Assembly (NCBI RefSeq): GCF_004010195.1 | Contig: NC_057753.1 | Coordinates: forward strand, 4,243,779 to 4,307,778 | Length of the DNA stretch: 64,000 nucleotides | From: Chiloscyllium plagiosum | Lineage: Eukaryota | Direction: 5' to 3' | Part shown: in pieces, positions 23,885-35,240 of the stretch | Layout: every line of letters starts with the position of its first letter | Numbering within the stretch: the stretch's first letter is position 1 | Notes under the pieces: model-generated | The model's input: the letters and a program-made list of their open reading frames with translations, nothing else | What the model was told of the DNA's origin: nothing | Databases searched by the model: none | Made by a program: the position numbers and the translations under genes

Positions 23885-24678
23885 GAGAAACAGTAGAAAG
23901 GATTATAACTTGAATGGTAAAAAGTTACCGTATGTTGCTATGCAGAGGGTGTCCTTGCGCATGAATCGCTGAAGGTTGGTCTGCAGATGTGATAAATAAT
24001 TAGGAAGGCGAATGGAATTTTGCCCTCCGTTGCGAAAGAGATTGAGTTTAAATGTGGGAAGTTGTGTTACAGATGTACAGGGCCCTGGCGAGCCCACACC
24101 TGGAGTACTGTGTGCAGTTTTGGTCTCTTTATTTGAGAAAGGATGGACTGGCACTGCAGGGGGTGCAGAGGTGTTTCACTAGGTTGATTCCGGAGTCGAA
24201 GGGGTTGGTTTATGAGGAGAGACTGAGTAGACTGGGATTATATTCGTTGGAATTTAGAAGAATTGGTGGGAAGGGGGGTGGGGGGGGGGGGGGGTGATCT
24301 TACTGAAACATATGAAGGGAATAGATAAGACAGAAGTAGAGAGGATGTTTCCACTGGCAGGTAAAACTAGCACAAGTGGACATAGCCTCAAAATTCAGGG
24401 CAGCAGATTTACGACTGAACTGAGAAGGAACTGCTTCACCCAGAGGGTTGTGAATCAATGCAACTCCTTGGCCAGTGAAGTAGTTGATGCTACTGCAGTA
24501 AACGTTTTTGAAGCTAAAGTAGACTTGTTTTGAACAAGAAAGGGATACAGTGAGAGTGTGGGTAAGTGGAGCTGAGTCCACAAAAATTCAGCCATGATCT
24601 TATTGAATGGTGGAGCAGGCTTGAAGGGCCAGACGGCCTACTCCTGCCCCGCGTTCTTATGCTCTTATGTATGTTATG
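23885..24678 (+). mobile_element. CR1 3' fragment (different subfamily, (CTTATG)n-like tail)
   Basis: SPHLEYCVQFWSLYLRKD and RRNCFTQRVVN. Confidence 0.85.
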
Positions 24679-25369
24679 TTTGCCCCAATGTGAGATCCTG
24701 AAGGGAGGTAGATTTAGGATTCCAGTCCAGACAGAGTCAAAACATTGTAAAGTGTGTTCTTATTAAGCACAAATACTTCCATAGGAGCTCTTAATCCTTT
24801 TTGCAAGTATAAATCATTGAGTTTTATTCTTGGGATTTGGATAGAGCTAACAAGGCAAACAGTTATTGCTCATACCCAGGTCAGCATTGAGAAGGTGAGA
24901 TGGGGCAACTTCCTGAATCACTGCATTGCCTGAGGTGAAGGTGCGTCCGCAATGGATAAAGAGGCAATGAAGGAACATCTTCAGAAGTTTGTGTTTTTCT
25001 CCTGCCCTGCATATAATACAAGGTCCCCGTGTACTTCACAGAAAGCGTCTTTCACGTAATTTGAGATTGGGTCACACAAATTCGTTTTTAAGAAGGATGT
25101 TAAAGAATGACAGGGCAGTCTAAGGAGGGAATTGCAGAGCTTATCGCCACAGTGTGCTCACCAATAGTGGGTAAATTCAAATCAGAACTTAGTGCAATTA
25201 GTACAGCCTTCACTTCAGCCTTTGAGGACGTTAGAGATAGTGAGGGGTGAGGTCGGTGAAGAGTTTGGAATAAAAGGGATGAGCAAGTTGAAGTTCTGTT
25301 TCGTTGGAAGCCTGTGTCACTCAATGAGCAGAGGGGTGTTGGATGAACAAGTCTGTGTAACTCATCGTC

Positions 25370-26900
25370 ATAGAAACAGGAGCAGGAGGATCAGGGCATG
25401 TGGTCCCTAGCACCTGCACTGTCATTCAAAAGGATGATGGCTGATCTGACATTCCTCACATCCATTTTACCTGTGACTGATCGAGAATCTATCTATCTCG
25501 GCCTTAAATCTACTCAAGGACTCTGCCCCCACAGCTCTCTGAGCCGAGGAATTCCAAAGGCGCTCAATCTTCTGACAGAAGAAGTTTTCCTTTATCTCAG
25601 TTGTAATTTGATGCCCCTTTTATCCTCTGGTTCTAGACTCTACCGTGAGGGGAAACATCTCAGCATTGACCCCGTCAAGCGCCTTAAGAATCCAATATGT
25701 TTCAATGAGATCACCCCTCATTCTTCTAAACTCCTGTGAGTTGGGTCCCAAACTGTTCAGCATTTACTCAGAAGACAGTCCCTCCATATAAAGAATCATT
25801 TTGTGAAAAGTCTGTGAACTGCCTCCAGTGAAATGACACCTTCCCTTAAATAAGGGGTTCTAAAATTGCTCACTGAACTCCAGGTGCAGTCCCAGCAGCA
25901 CCTTGTACAGTTATAGTCATAGAGATGTACAGCACGGAAACAGACCCTTTGGTCCAACCCGTCCATGCCGACCAGATATCCCAACCCAATCTAGTCCCAC
26001 TTGGCCCATATCCCTCCAAACCCTCCCTATTCATATACCCATCCAAATGCCTCTTAAATGTCGCAATTGTACCAGCCTCCACCACTTCCTCTGTCAATTC
26101 ATTCCATACACGCACCACTCTCTGAGTGAAAAAGTTGCCTCTTAGGTCTCTTTTATATTTTTCCCATCGCACCCTAAACCTATGCCCTCTAGTTCTGGAC
26201 TCCTCCACCTCAGGAAAAATACTTTGTCTATTTATCCTATCCATGCCTCTCATTTTATAAACCTCTTTAACGTCACCCCTCAGCCTCCGACGCTCCAGGG
26301 AAAACAGCCCCAGCCCGTTCAGCCTCTCCGTATAGCTCAAATCCTCCAACCCTGGCAACATCCTTGTAAATCTTTGCTGAACCCTTTCAAGTTTCACAAC
26401 AAGCATACCAAACCCCTTCTTCACTATCCTATCTACCTGCATCAGCTATGAACCTGCACTCCAAGGTCTCTTTGTTCAGCAACACTCTCTAGGACCTTAC
26501 CATTAAGTGTAGAAGTCCTGCTAAGATTTACTTTTTCAAGATGCAGCACCTCACATTTATCTGAATTAAACTCCATCTGCCACTTCTCAGCCCATTGACT
26601 CATCTGATCAAGATCCCGTTGTGACCTAAGGTGACCTTCTTTGCTGTCCACTCCACCTCCTGAAGTCAGACTTCCCTGCTCTTATACGCCAACCCTCTTG
26701 AAATAAAGGCCGTTAGCCTTCCTGATTACCCACTTGACCTGTGTGGTAGCTTTCTGTTTTGTGCATGAGTACCCCCAACCCCTTTTCTGTCTCAGCATTC
26801 TGCTGTGTTTTTTCCCCATTAAATAATATCCATTCTTTTGCTCTCCCAAAATCAACAAATTCATATTTTTTTCCATCATATTCCATTTGCCAACTTTTTG
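25370..26900 (-). mobile_element. Nested minus-strand CR1 fragments (younger HER1-like copy at about 25911-26660 within an older copy)
   Basis: WAEKWQMEFN and RGNFFTQRVVRVWNEL on the minus strand, with flanking older CR1 pieces. Confidence 0.8.
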
Positions 26901-27893
26901 CACCATTACCAATATCTGGGTGTACTGTTCGCATCCTTTTTGTAATGTGTCCTTGCACCAGTTTTCAAACCATAACACTCAGTGAGTTGGGTGATGTTGA
27001 ATGAAGGTTTCTGTGTAATTCAGCGAGGTGAACGGTGTTGGATGAAGGAAAATCTGGTGTGTGAGAGAGGAAGCAGAATGTTTGGCTGGCCTCCTGTTTG
27101 TAGAAACGTTTGATGTAGGAGCAGAGATAGACTGTTTGGTCCTTCAAGCCTGCTCTGACCTTCAATAAGGTCATGGCTAATTTGTTTGTGTTTTGAATTT
27201 TGTGGCCTCTCAAGCATCTATCCATGTCTGCCTTAAAAATATTCAAACACCACACCTCCAGCGTCTCCTGAGTTCCAAAGTTACACAACCATCTGATGGA
27301 AAATGGAGGCCTTGTGTCTACCCTAAAAGAGGAACCTTTAATTTTAAAACAGCATTTCCGCTAGCTCTGGACCAAAGACAGTGATATTGGCACTGACAGT
27401 GAGATTGCATCTTAGTATTTGAAAGTGAGAAAGTTCCTGCTCGTTCAGATGGCGGGGTAAGTCAGGGTGTTGTATGACCTGGAGGTGATGGTGTTGACAT
27501 GCACCTGCTAGCCTGGGCCGTCTAGGTGATGGGGGTGAGCCGGTGGAAGATTCTGGTGAAGTTCTGGCTCAGTTGTTGATATATTAACTCCTTTACCATC
27601 TGCCCCTTTCACCTCACAATCTCCTTCCATTGTCATTGGCAAGCACTGACTCGTCTCCTTCCCTGAATGTTCACATCACTCCACAATGTTACCAGATTCA
27701 TCAGCCTGACTTCACAACCTGTCTGGTGCTTGTGGGTTCCCTCTCACATTTTTGTTCTTCTGTTCGAAATCAATTTTTCAGGAAATTCCAAGAGGTGGAT
27801 TTGCAATCAGCAAACTCGATCCAAGCATTGTTTCTTGTTGTGACAGAGTAGCTCCCTTTTTGTTTGTCGCCTGCTTATCACAGGAGTGTGACC

Positions 27894-28520
27894 ATGGAAG
27901 GCCAAAGCACAGATCGCAATGGGGAGAGACTCTACACATGTTTGGTTTGTGGACACGCCTTTTGTCACTCATCTGACCTGTCAATACACCAGCGTAATCA
28001 CACTGTGGAGAAGGTCTGGAAATGTGCGGAGTGTGGGAAGGGCTTCAAGTATCCATCCCTGTTGGAAACTCATCAGCGTAGTCACACTGGGGAGAGGCCA
28101 TTCATCTGCTCTGAGTGTGGCAAAGGCTTTGCTGCATCCTCCACCTTGCTGTCACATCGGCGAGTTCACACTGGGAAGAGGCCGTTCACCTGCTCCGAGT
28201 GTGGGAAGGGTTTCACTCAGTCATCTACCCTGCTGTCGCACCGGCGTGTTCACACCGGGGAGCGGCCGTTCACTTGCTCTCATTGCGAAAAGGGATTCAC
28301 TCAGTTAGCAAACCTCCTGAAACACCACCGAGTTCACACCGGGGAGAGACCATTCACCTGCTCCCTGTGTGGGAACGGGTTCACCCAGTCGTCTGACCTG
28401 CTGAAGCACCAGCGGGTTCACACTGGGGAGAGACCATTCAGTTGCACCCAGTGCGGGAAGGGGTTCACTCAGTCATCCCACCTGCTGAAACATCAGCGAG
28501 TTCACAAGGAATCACAGTGA
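27894..28520 (+). CDS. C2H2 zinc-finger protein, 7 tandem fingers, 208 aa, no recognisable effector domain
   Basis: ACCATGG Kozak at 27894, preceded by acceptor TTATCACAG ending at 27883. Seven CxxC-x12-HxxxH units with TGERP-type linkers, intact frame, AATAAA at 28830. Confidence 0.92.
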   Translation: MEGQSTDRNGERLYTCLVCGHAFCHSSDLSIHQRNHTVEKVWKCAECGKGFKYPSLLETHQRSHTGERPFICSECGKGFAASSTLLSHRRVHTGKRPFTCSECGKGFTQSSTLLSHRRVHTGERPFTCSHCEKGFTQLANLLKHHRVHTGERPFTCSLCGNGFTQSSDLLKHQRVHTGERPFSCTQCGKGFTQSSHLLKHQRVHKESQ

Positions 28521-28829
28521 GGGGTTTCTGCTATTTAAGCATGCCCAGGAATGAACCACAGACATTAGGATCTCTTTCTGAGGATGATATTTAATCAAAT
28601 ATAAAGACAAATCTACAGGATGAAGATCCCAACTCGCTGCATGTGAATGCATTTATACTGGGTAGAGATGTTCACCTGGACTGTGTGAAATTTTCTGATC
28701 CATCCAGAGTGGTGAAATAGCAAGGACCTCCACTGTCAGAGTGGCTGTCCATCTCTCAACCATGTTTTCTGGGGTCTGTTTCTGATGTTTATAAACTCAA
28801 GTTTGATCATGTACTTGAGGTCAAGATTG

Positions 28830-28835
28830 AATAAA
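28830..28835 (+). promoter_or_regulatory. Probable polyadenylation signal of the ZNF gene
   Basis: AATAAA about 310 nt after the stop, followed by GT-rich sequence. Confidence 0.55.
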
Positions 28836-29053
28836 TCAACTTTCTGTTAAACACACAGTGTGTCGAGTCTTTGTAGCATCTCGAAGACTAGTTAGCTCCT
28901 TTCAAAGGGCTGTTCTTCTCTGCCATACCCTGCAACCTCAAAAGCCAGTGTGAGGAGCTCAGGGAGCTTTCTTTAAACCATGACTGAGGCAGGTTGATTA
29001 GTTCCCTCTATTGTCTCCCTTAGTCCAGCGTGTCCAACTGTCTCTGACATTTT

Positions 29054-29376
29054 GATTAGATTAGATTAGATGTCCTATAGTGTGGAAACAGGTCCTTCAG
29101 CCCAACAAGTCCACACTGACCCTCCAAAGAGTAACCCACCCAGACCCATTTCCCTCTGACTAATGAACCTAACACTATGGGCCAATTTAGCATGGCCAAT
29201 TCACCTGAACTGCACATCTTTGGACTGTGGGAGGAACCGGAGCACCCAGAGGAAACCCACGCAGACACAGGGAGAATGTGCAAACTCCACACAGACAGTC
29301 GCCCGAGGCTGGAATCGAACCTGGGTCCATGGCGCTGTGAGGCAGCAGCGCTAACCACTGAGCCACCGTGCCGCCC
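29054..29376 (-). mobile_element. HE1-type SINE
   Basis: Full reverse-complement copy with a (TTAGA)n tail. Confidence 0.9.
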
Positions 29377-29986
29377 ATTTTCCCTTGCTCTTTGCCATGA
29401 ATCTATGCAGTTCTTTAGTTTTCCTCCCAATCATGTGCTGTCAGTGCCCACTGTATCTGCCTTATGATTGAAGGAAAATGGCTGCATAGTGACCCGGATT
29501 GGCAACTGAATTCTCAAGAATTCTCAACGGCTAGGAAGGACAAACACGAAGGAGGTGGGAGTTGTGCTGCCAAGGGCTAGGATCAGTCTGTCAGCGAAAG
29601 AGAATCTCCAATCAGAAGAACAACTTGTGCGTTTATTTGGGTGGGCAGAACAGCAGGGGCAAGCAGTTGGAGTAATTCCTGAGCCGCCAAATAGTAATAG
29701 TGGTGCGGGGCATGGTATTAATCAGGAGATGAGGGAAGCATGTAGCATGTTATCATGGGGCACTTCATTCACATCATCTAGACTGAGTAAACTAATTGAG
29801 CCCTTAAGGATCATTTTTACACTGGCACCCGTTGACCAGTGGGGCTGCCACAAGAATTGATATTTGGGCCCCAGCTGTTCACAATGTTCATAGATGATTC
29901 GGAGGTGCAGACAAATTTGTGGCTGATAGAATCCACAGTCCCACTGAGCTTTCAAAGAAAAACAGATAGCAATTCCAAGGGGATTT

Positions 29987-30135
29987 AGGAGAAAGTGAGG
30001 ACTGCAGGTGCTGGACATCAGAGTCGAGAGTGTGGCGCTGGAAAGGCCCAGGAATTATGCCCAAAACATCGTTTCTCCTGCTCCTCGGATGCTGCCTGAC
30101 CAGCTGTGCTTTTCCAGCAGCGCACTCTCCAACTC
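29987..30135. mobile_element. Fold-back Penelope-derived insert
   Basis: GAGTCGAGAGTGTGGCGCTGGAAAG and CTTTTCCAGCAGCGCACTCTCCAACTC are inverted arms around a decayed hammerhead half (TTATGCCCAAAACATCG). Confidence 0.7.
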
Positions 30136-30721
30136 CAAGGGGACTTAGTCAGGCTCAGTGAAGGAGCAAGTTTCGAGTTGGAAAATCACGTGGGGAAATG
30201 CAATATTATCCATTTTTGTAGGAATGCAGAGTTCAGTGCATGTGTAAAATATACCATAAATGACAAAAGTTTGGATGCTCAGTATTTTCGTATGTTCGTT
30301 TGTTGGACTTCTAATTACCAGTGCTGCCAAGGGCTTGAGAAGGTGGGTGAAAAACATTAAAGTATTCAAACAATCATGATTATCATGAATGGTGGTGCAG
30401 TTTCAACATTGTGAATGGCCTGCTCGTGTTTCTATGTTCCTGGATGCAATGAGCAGGGGGTGTTAATGCAAACAACAAAAGCAGATCCTTGTTGTCACTT
30501 CTGACCACGCCAGTTTCTCAACAGATGGGATAACTGAGCAAGTCCATGGAACAGGTAAGCAACCACTGTCGTTGTCTGTGTTTTGGTCTTGCTGCACATT
30601 CTTTCTGCTTTTAAACCACTTCTCAAGTTCAGAATATATCGGTAGTCACATTATCAGTGTGAGCAAGTAAGAGTCGATGAATTCTTGCATAAAATGAAAT
30701 TAGGAACCCTGAAACCAAGAT

Positions 30722-30872
30722 AAGTTGTTGTAGAAACTGGCAGCATCCGGGGACAGAAAGCAGAGTTAACGTTTCAGGTCCAGATTTGGACTCGGAATGT
30801 CAACTCTGGTTTCTTGCTACAAATGCTGTCAGAGCTACTGCGTTTCTCCAGCATTTTCTGTTTTATATTCAG
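30722..30872. mobile_element. Decayed fold-back Penelope-derived element
   Basis: CAGAGTTAACGTTTCAGGTCCAGA followed by its near inverse TTTGGACTCGGAATGTCAACTCTG. Confidence 0.55.
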
Positions 30873-32914
30873 GTTACGATAGTCTTGACAATTCCAACTG
30901 CTCCTGAAGTGATATTTCGGTTTCAGTTTCCTGACGACAAATTTAATATCTGCTCACGTAACTCAGTGCCAAATATTGCTTTTATAGCACTCCCATGAAA
31001 TGATTTGTAATTTTTATTATGTGAATGGTACTGTATAAATAAAAGGTCACTTTGTTATGTTGGACATATATTGTTCCTTCATTGCTGTCTGAGACAAAGC
31101 CTGTCATTCTCGTCACAATGTCACAATATTTTTATGTACACAGTAATTTGGATCCTGGGACTTGACGATATATGTTGGTTATAGAATCCTACAGGATTGA
31201 AGAGACCCTATTGCCCGTTAAAACTATACTGCCAAAACAATTATAAATCTACACTGTCCCACTTCCAGCACCAGGCCTTTGAATGTTAGAACATTTTTCT
31301 AGTTGAAGCACTTGCTGAAGGTTGTGAAGTTACCTGCCTGGTAACTGTGAGCAGAGAGCTAAAGTGGACCTTTAACTGCAAATAGCAGCTTTTATTTTTA
31401 AAAAGGAAGAGAGGAGAACAAACGAACTGCAATTGGTTGATGAGGTCAAATCTGGAAGTTAATTGCAGGTTGACTGTTTTTCAAAAGTTATAATCGTTTG
31501 GGTTTTGGTGAGGCATTATGCTCAAACAAGTGATGAATGTTGAATGTGAACCGGTGCTGTGTTGGGAGACAACCAGTCTAACAAAGAAAAAACTAAGTTT
31601 ACACTGGGTTTTGAACTGTGTTTAAATTGGAAGGGTTATCCCTGTTAGTCATAGAGGTGCGCAGCACTGAAGCAGACCCTTCAATCCAACTCATCCATGC
31701 TGACCAGATATCCTAATCTAATCCAGTCCCATTTGCCACTGCTTGGCTCATAGCCCTCTAAACCCTTCCTGTTTCTATATCCATCCAGATTACTTTGAAA
31801 TGCTGCAATTTTACAGCCTCCACCACTTCCTCTGGCAGCTCATTCCATACACACACCACCCGCTACATGAAAAAGTTGCCTCTTAGGTCACTTTTATATC
31901 TTTCTCCTTTCACCTTAAACCTGTGCCCTCAAGTTCTGGACTCCCCCAATTCAGGGAAAAGACTTTTTCTATTTATCCTATCCACGCCCCTCATGATTTT
32001 ATAAACCTCTATAAGGTCATCCCTCAGCCTCTGATGCTCCAGGGAAAACAGTCCCCGCCTGTTCAGCCTCTCCCTGCAGCTTAAATTCTCCAACCCTGGC
32101 AACATTCTTGTAAATCTTTTCTGAACCATTGAGTTTCACAACATCCTTCTGATAGGAAGGGGACCAGAATTGCACGCAGTATTCCAAAAGTGGCTTAACC
32201 TATGTCCTGGTACAGCTGCAACATGACCTCCCAACTCCTGTACTCAATACTCTGACCAATAAAGGAAAGCATACCAAACGCCGCCTTCACATTTCTATCT
32301 GCCTGCTACTCTACTTTCAAGGAGCTATGCACCTGCACTCCAAGGTCTCTTTGTTCAGCAACACTCCCAAGGACCTTACCATTAAGTTTAACAGTCCTGC
32401 TATGATTTGATTTCCCAAAATGCAGCACCTCACATTTATCTAAATTAAACTTCATCTGCCATTCCTCAGCCCATAGTCCACCTGATCCAGATCCCGTTTT
32501 AATCTGAGGTAACCTTCTTTGCTGTCCACTACACCACCAATTTTGGTGTCATCCGCAAGCTTGCTAACTATACCTCCTGCATTCACTTGCAAATAATTTA
32601 TGTAAATGACAAAAAGTAGAGGACCCAACACCGATCCTTGTGGCACTCCACTGGTCACAGTCGTCCAGTCTGAAAAACAACCCTCCACCACTACCCTCTG
32701 TCTTCTACATACGAGCCAGTTCTGTGTCCAAATGGCTAGATCTCCCTGTATTCCATTAGATCTAACCTTGCTCACCACTCTCCCATGGGGAACTTTGTTG
32801 AATGCCTTACTGATATCCATATAGGTCACATCCACTGCTCTGCCCTCGTCAATCCTCTGTTACTTCTTCAAAGAACTCAATCAAATTTGTGAGAAATGAT
32901 TTCCCACACACAAA

Positions 32915-33020
32915 TGAGGGGCTCATTCATGAAGAAGGGCTTATGCCCGAAACATCGATTCTCCTGCTCCTCGGATACTGCCAGGCCTGCTGTGTTTTTC
33001 TAGCACCACATTTTTCACCT
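32915..33020 (+). mobile_element. Short Penelope-derived insert, hammerhead core mutated
   Basis: ATTC-ATGAAGA-A-GGGC-TTAT-GCCC-GAAA-CA-TC-GATT. No TSD seen. Confidence 0.7.
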
Positions 33021-34286
33021 CTTTCCAACTACATATACATCCTGTCCCTCAGGATTCCCTTCAACAATTTGCCCACCACCGACATCAGGCTCACTGACCT
33101 ATAGTTCCCTGGCTTGTACTTACCACCTTTCTTAATTAGTAGCACCATGTTAGCCAACCTCCAGTCTTCTGGCACCTCACCTGTGACTATTGATGATACA
33201 AATATCTCAGCAAGGGTCCCAGCAATCACTTCCCTATATTCCCACAGAGTTCTAGGGAACACCTGATCAGGTCCTGGGGATTATCCACTTTTGTGCATTT
33301 CTAGGCATGCAGCACTTCCTCTTCTGAAATATGGACATTTTTCAAGATGTCACCATCCATTTCCCTAGTCTATATCTTCCATATCCTTCTCCGCAGTAAA
33401 CACTGATGCAAAATACTTCTTTAGTATCTCCCCCCACCTCCTCTGGCTCCATACAAAGGCTGCCTGGCTGATCTGTGAGGGGTCCAATTCTCTTCCTAGT
33501 TACCCTTTTGTCTGTAATCTATTTATAAAAACCCTTTGGATTCTCCTTAACTCGATTTGCCAAAGCTATCTTGTGTCCCATTTTTGCCCTCCTGATTTCC
33601 CTCTTAAGTATACTCCTAGTGCCTTTGTACTCTTCTAAGGATTCATTTGCTCTATCCTGTCTATACCTGACATATGCTTCCTTCTTTTTCTTAACCAAAC
33701 CCTCAATTTCTCTCATCATCGAGCATTCCCTGTACCTACCAGCCTTTCACTCTAACAGGGAATATACTGTCTCTGGACTCGCGTTATCTCATTTCTGAAG
33801 GTTTCCCATTTTCCAGCCGTCCCTTTACCCGTGAACATCTGTCCCCAATCAGCTTTTGAAAGTTCTTGCCTAATACAGTCAAAATTGGCCTTCCTCCAAT
33901 TTAGAACTTCAACTTTTCGATCTGACACCTCAGGCACCTACCTGCTTTATTTCCCAAGAGTAGGCCAAGTTTTGCACCTTCTCCAGTAGGTACATCCACA
34001 TACTGAAACTGAAAATTGTCTTGTACACACTTAACAAATTTGTTTCTCAATTTTGCGCTATTATGGGGTGTATAATACAGCCCTAATAAAGTGATCATCC
34101 TTTTTTTTATTTCTCAGTTTCACCTAAATAACTTCCCTGGATGTATTTCTGGGAATATCCTCCTTCAGTATAGCTGAGGGAAGATATAAAAAATGCCACT
34201 CCCCCTCCTCTCTTGCCTCCCTTTCTGTCCTTCCTGTAGCGTTTGTATCCTGGAACATTAAGCTGCCAGTCCGTCCCATCCTTGAG

Positions 34287-34406
34287 GAGAAAGTGAGGAC
34301 TGCAGATGCTGGAAATCAGAGCTGAAAATGTGTTGCTTGAAAAGCGCAGCAGGTCAGGCAGCATCCAAGGAATAGGAGAATCGACGTTTCGGGCATAAGC
34401 CCTTCT
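34287..34406 (-). mobile_element. Short Penelope-derived insert with a 13-bp TSD
   Basis: TSD TCCCATCCTTGAG at 34274-34286 and 34407-34419. Truncated inside the hammerhead core. Confidence 0.85.
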
Positions 34407-35240
34407 TCCCATCCTTGAGCCATGTTTCTGTAATTGCTATGATATCCCAGTTCCATGTTCCTAACCGTGCCCTGAGTTCATCTGTCTTCCCTGTTAGGCC
34501 TCTTGCATTGAAATAAATGCAGTTTAATTTATCAATCGTACCTTGTTCTCTGCTTTATCCCATCCAATCCTGACTGTTTGACACGCTTCTTTTCTCAACT
34601 GTACCAGCCTCAGATTGATCCCTTTCCTCACTATCTCCCTGGGTCCTACACCCCCTCCTTACTAGTTTAAATACTCCTGAGCAGCTTTAGTAAATCTCCC
34701 TGCCAGTCTATTAGTCTCTTTCCAATTCAGTTGCTACCTGTCCTTCTTGTACAGGTCACTTCTACCCCAGAAGGGATTCCAATGGTCCAGAAATGTGAAT
34801 CCTTCTCCCATACATCGGCTTCTCAGCCATGCATTCATCTGCTCCATCGTCCTATTCCTCCTGCCCTCATCAGCTCATAGCACTGGGAGTAATCCAGATA
34901 TTACTACCCTCTAGGACCTCTTTTTTAAATTTCTGCCTAATTTTCTATATTCTCCCTTCAGAATCTCATCGTTTTCCCTTCCTATGTCATTGATTCCAAT
35001 GTGTGCAATGACCTCCCGTTGGTCCCTCTCCCCTTTGAGAACATTCTGCACCCTCTCTGATCCTGATCCTGGCACCAGGGAGGAAATGCACCATTCTGAT
35101 TTTTCGCTGCTAGCCACAGCTGTCTGTACTTCTGACTAGAGAATCCGCTATCACAATTGACCTCTTGGAGCCCAACGTACCCCTCATTACATTAGAACCT
35201 GGCTTGATATTAGAAACTAGGATGTTGGTGCTACATTCCC

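Noticed and set aside
24266..24295. Poly-G tract as a functional G-quadruplex
   Set aside because: Simple homopolymer expansion within a dead CR1; nothing else supports function.
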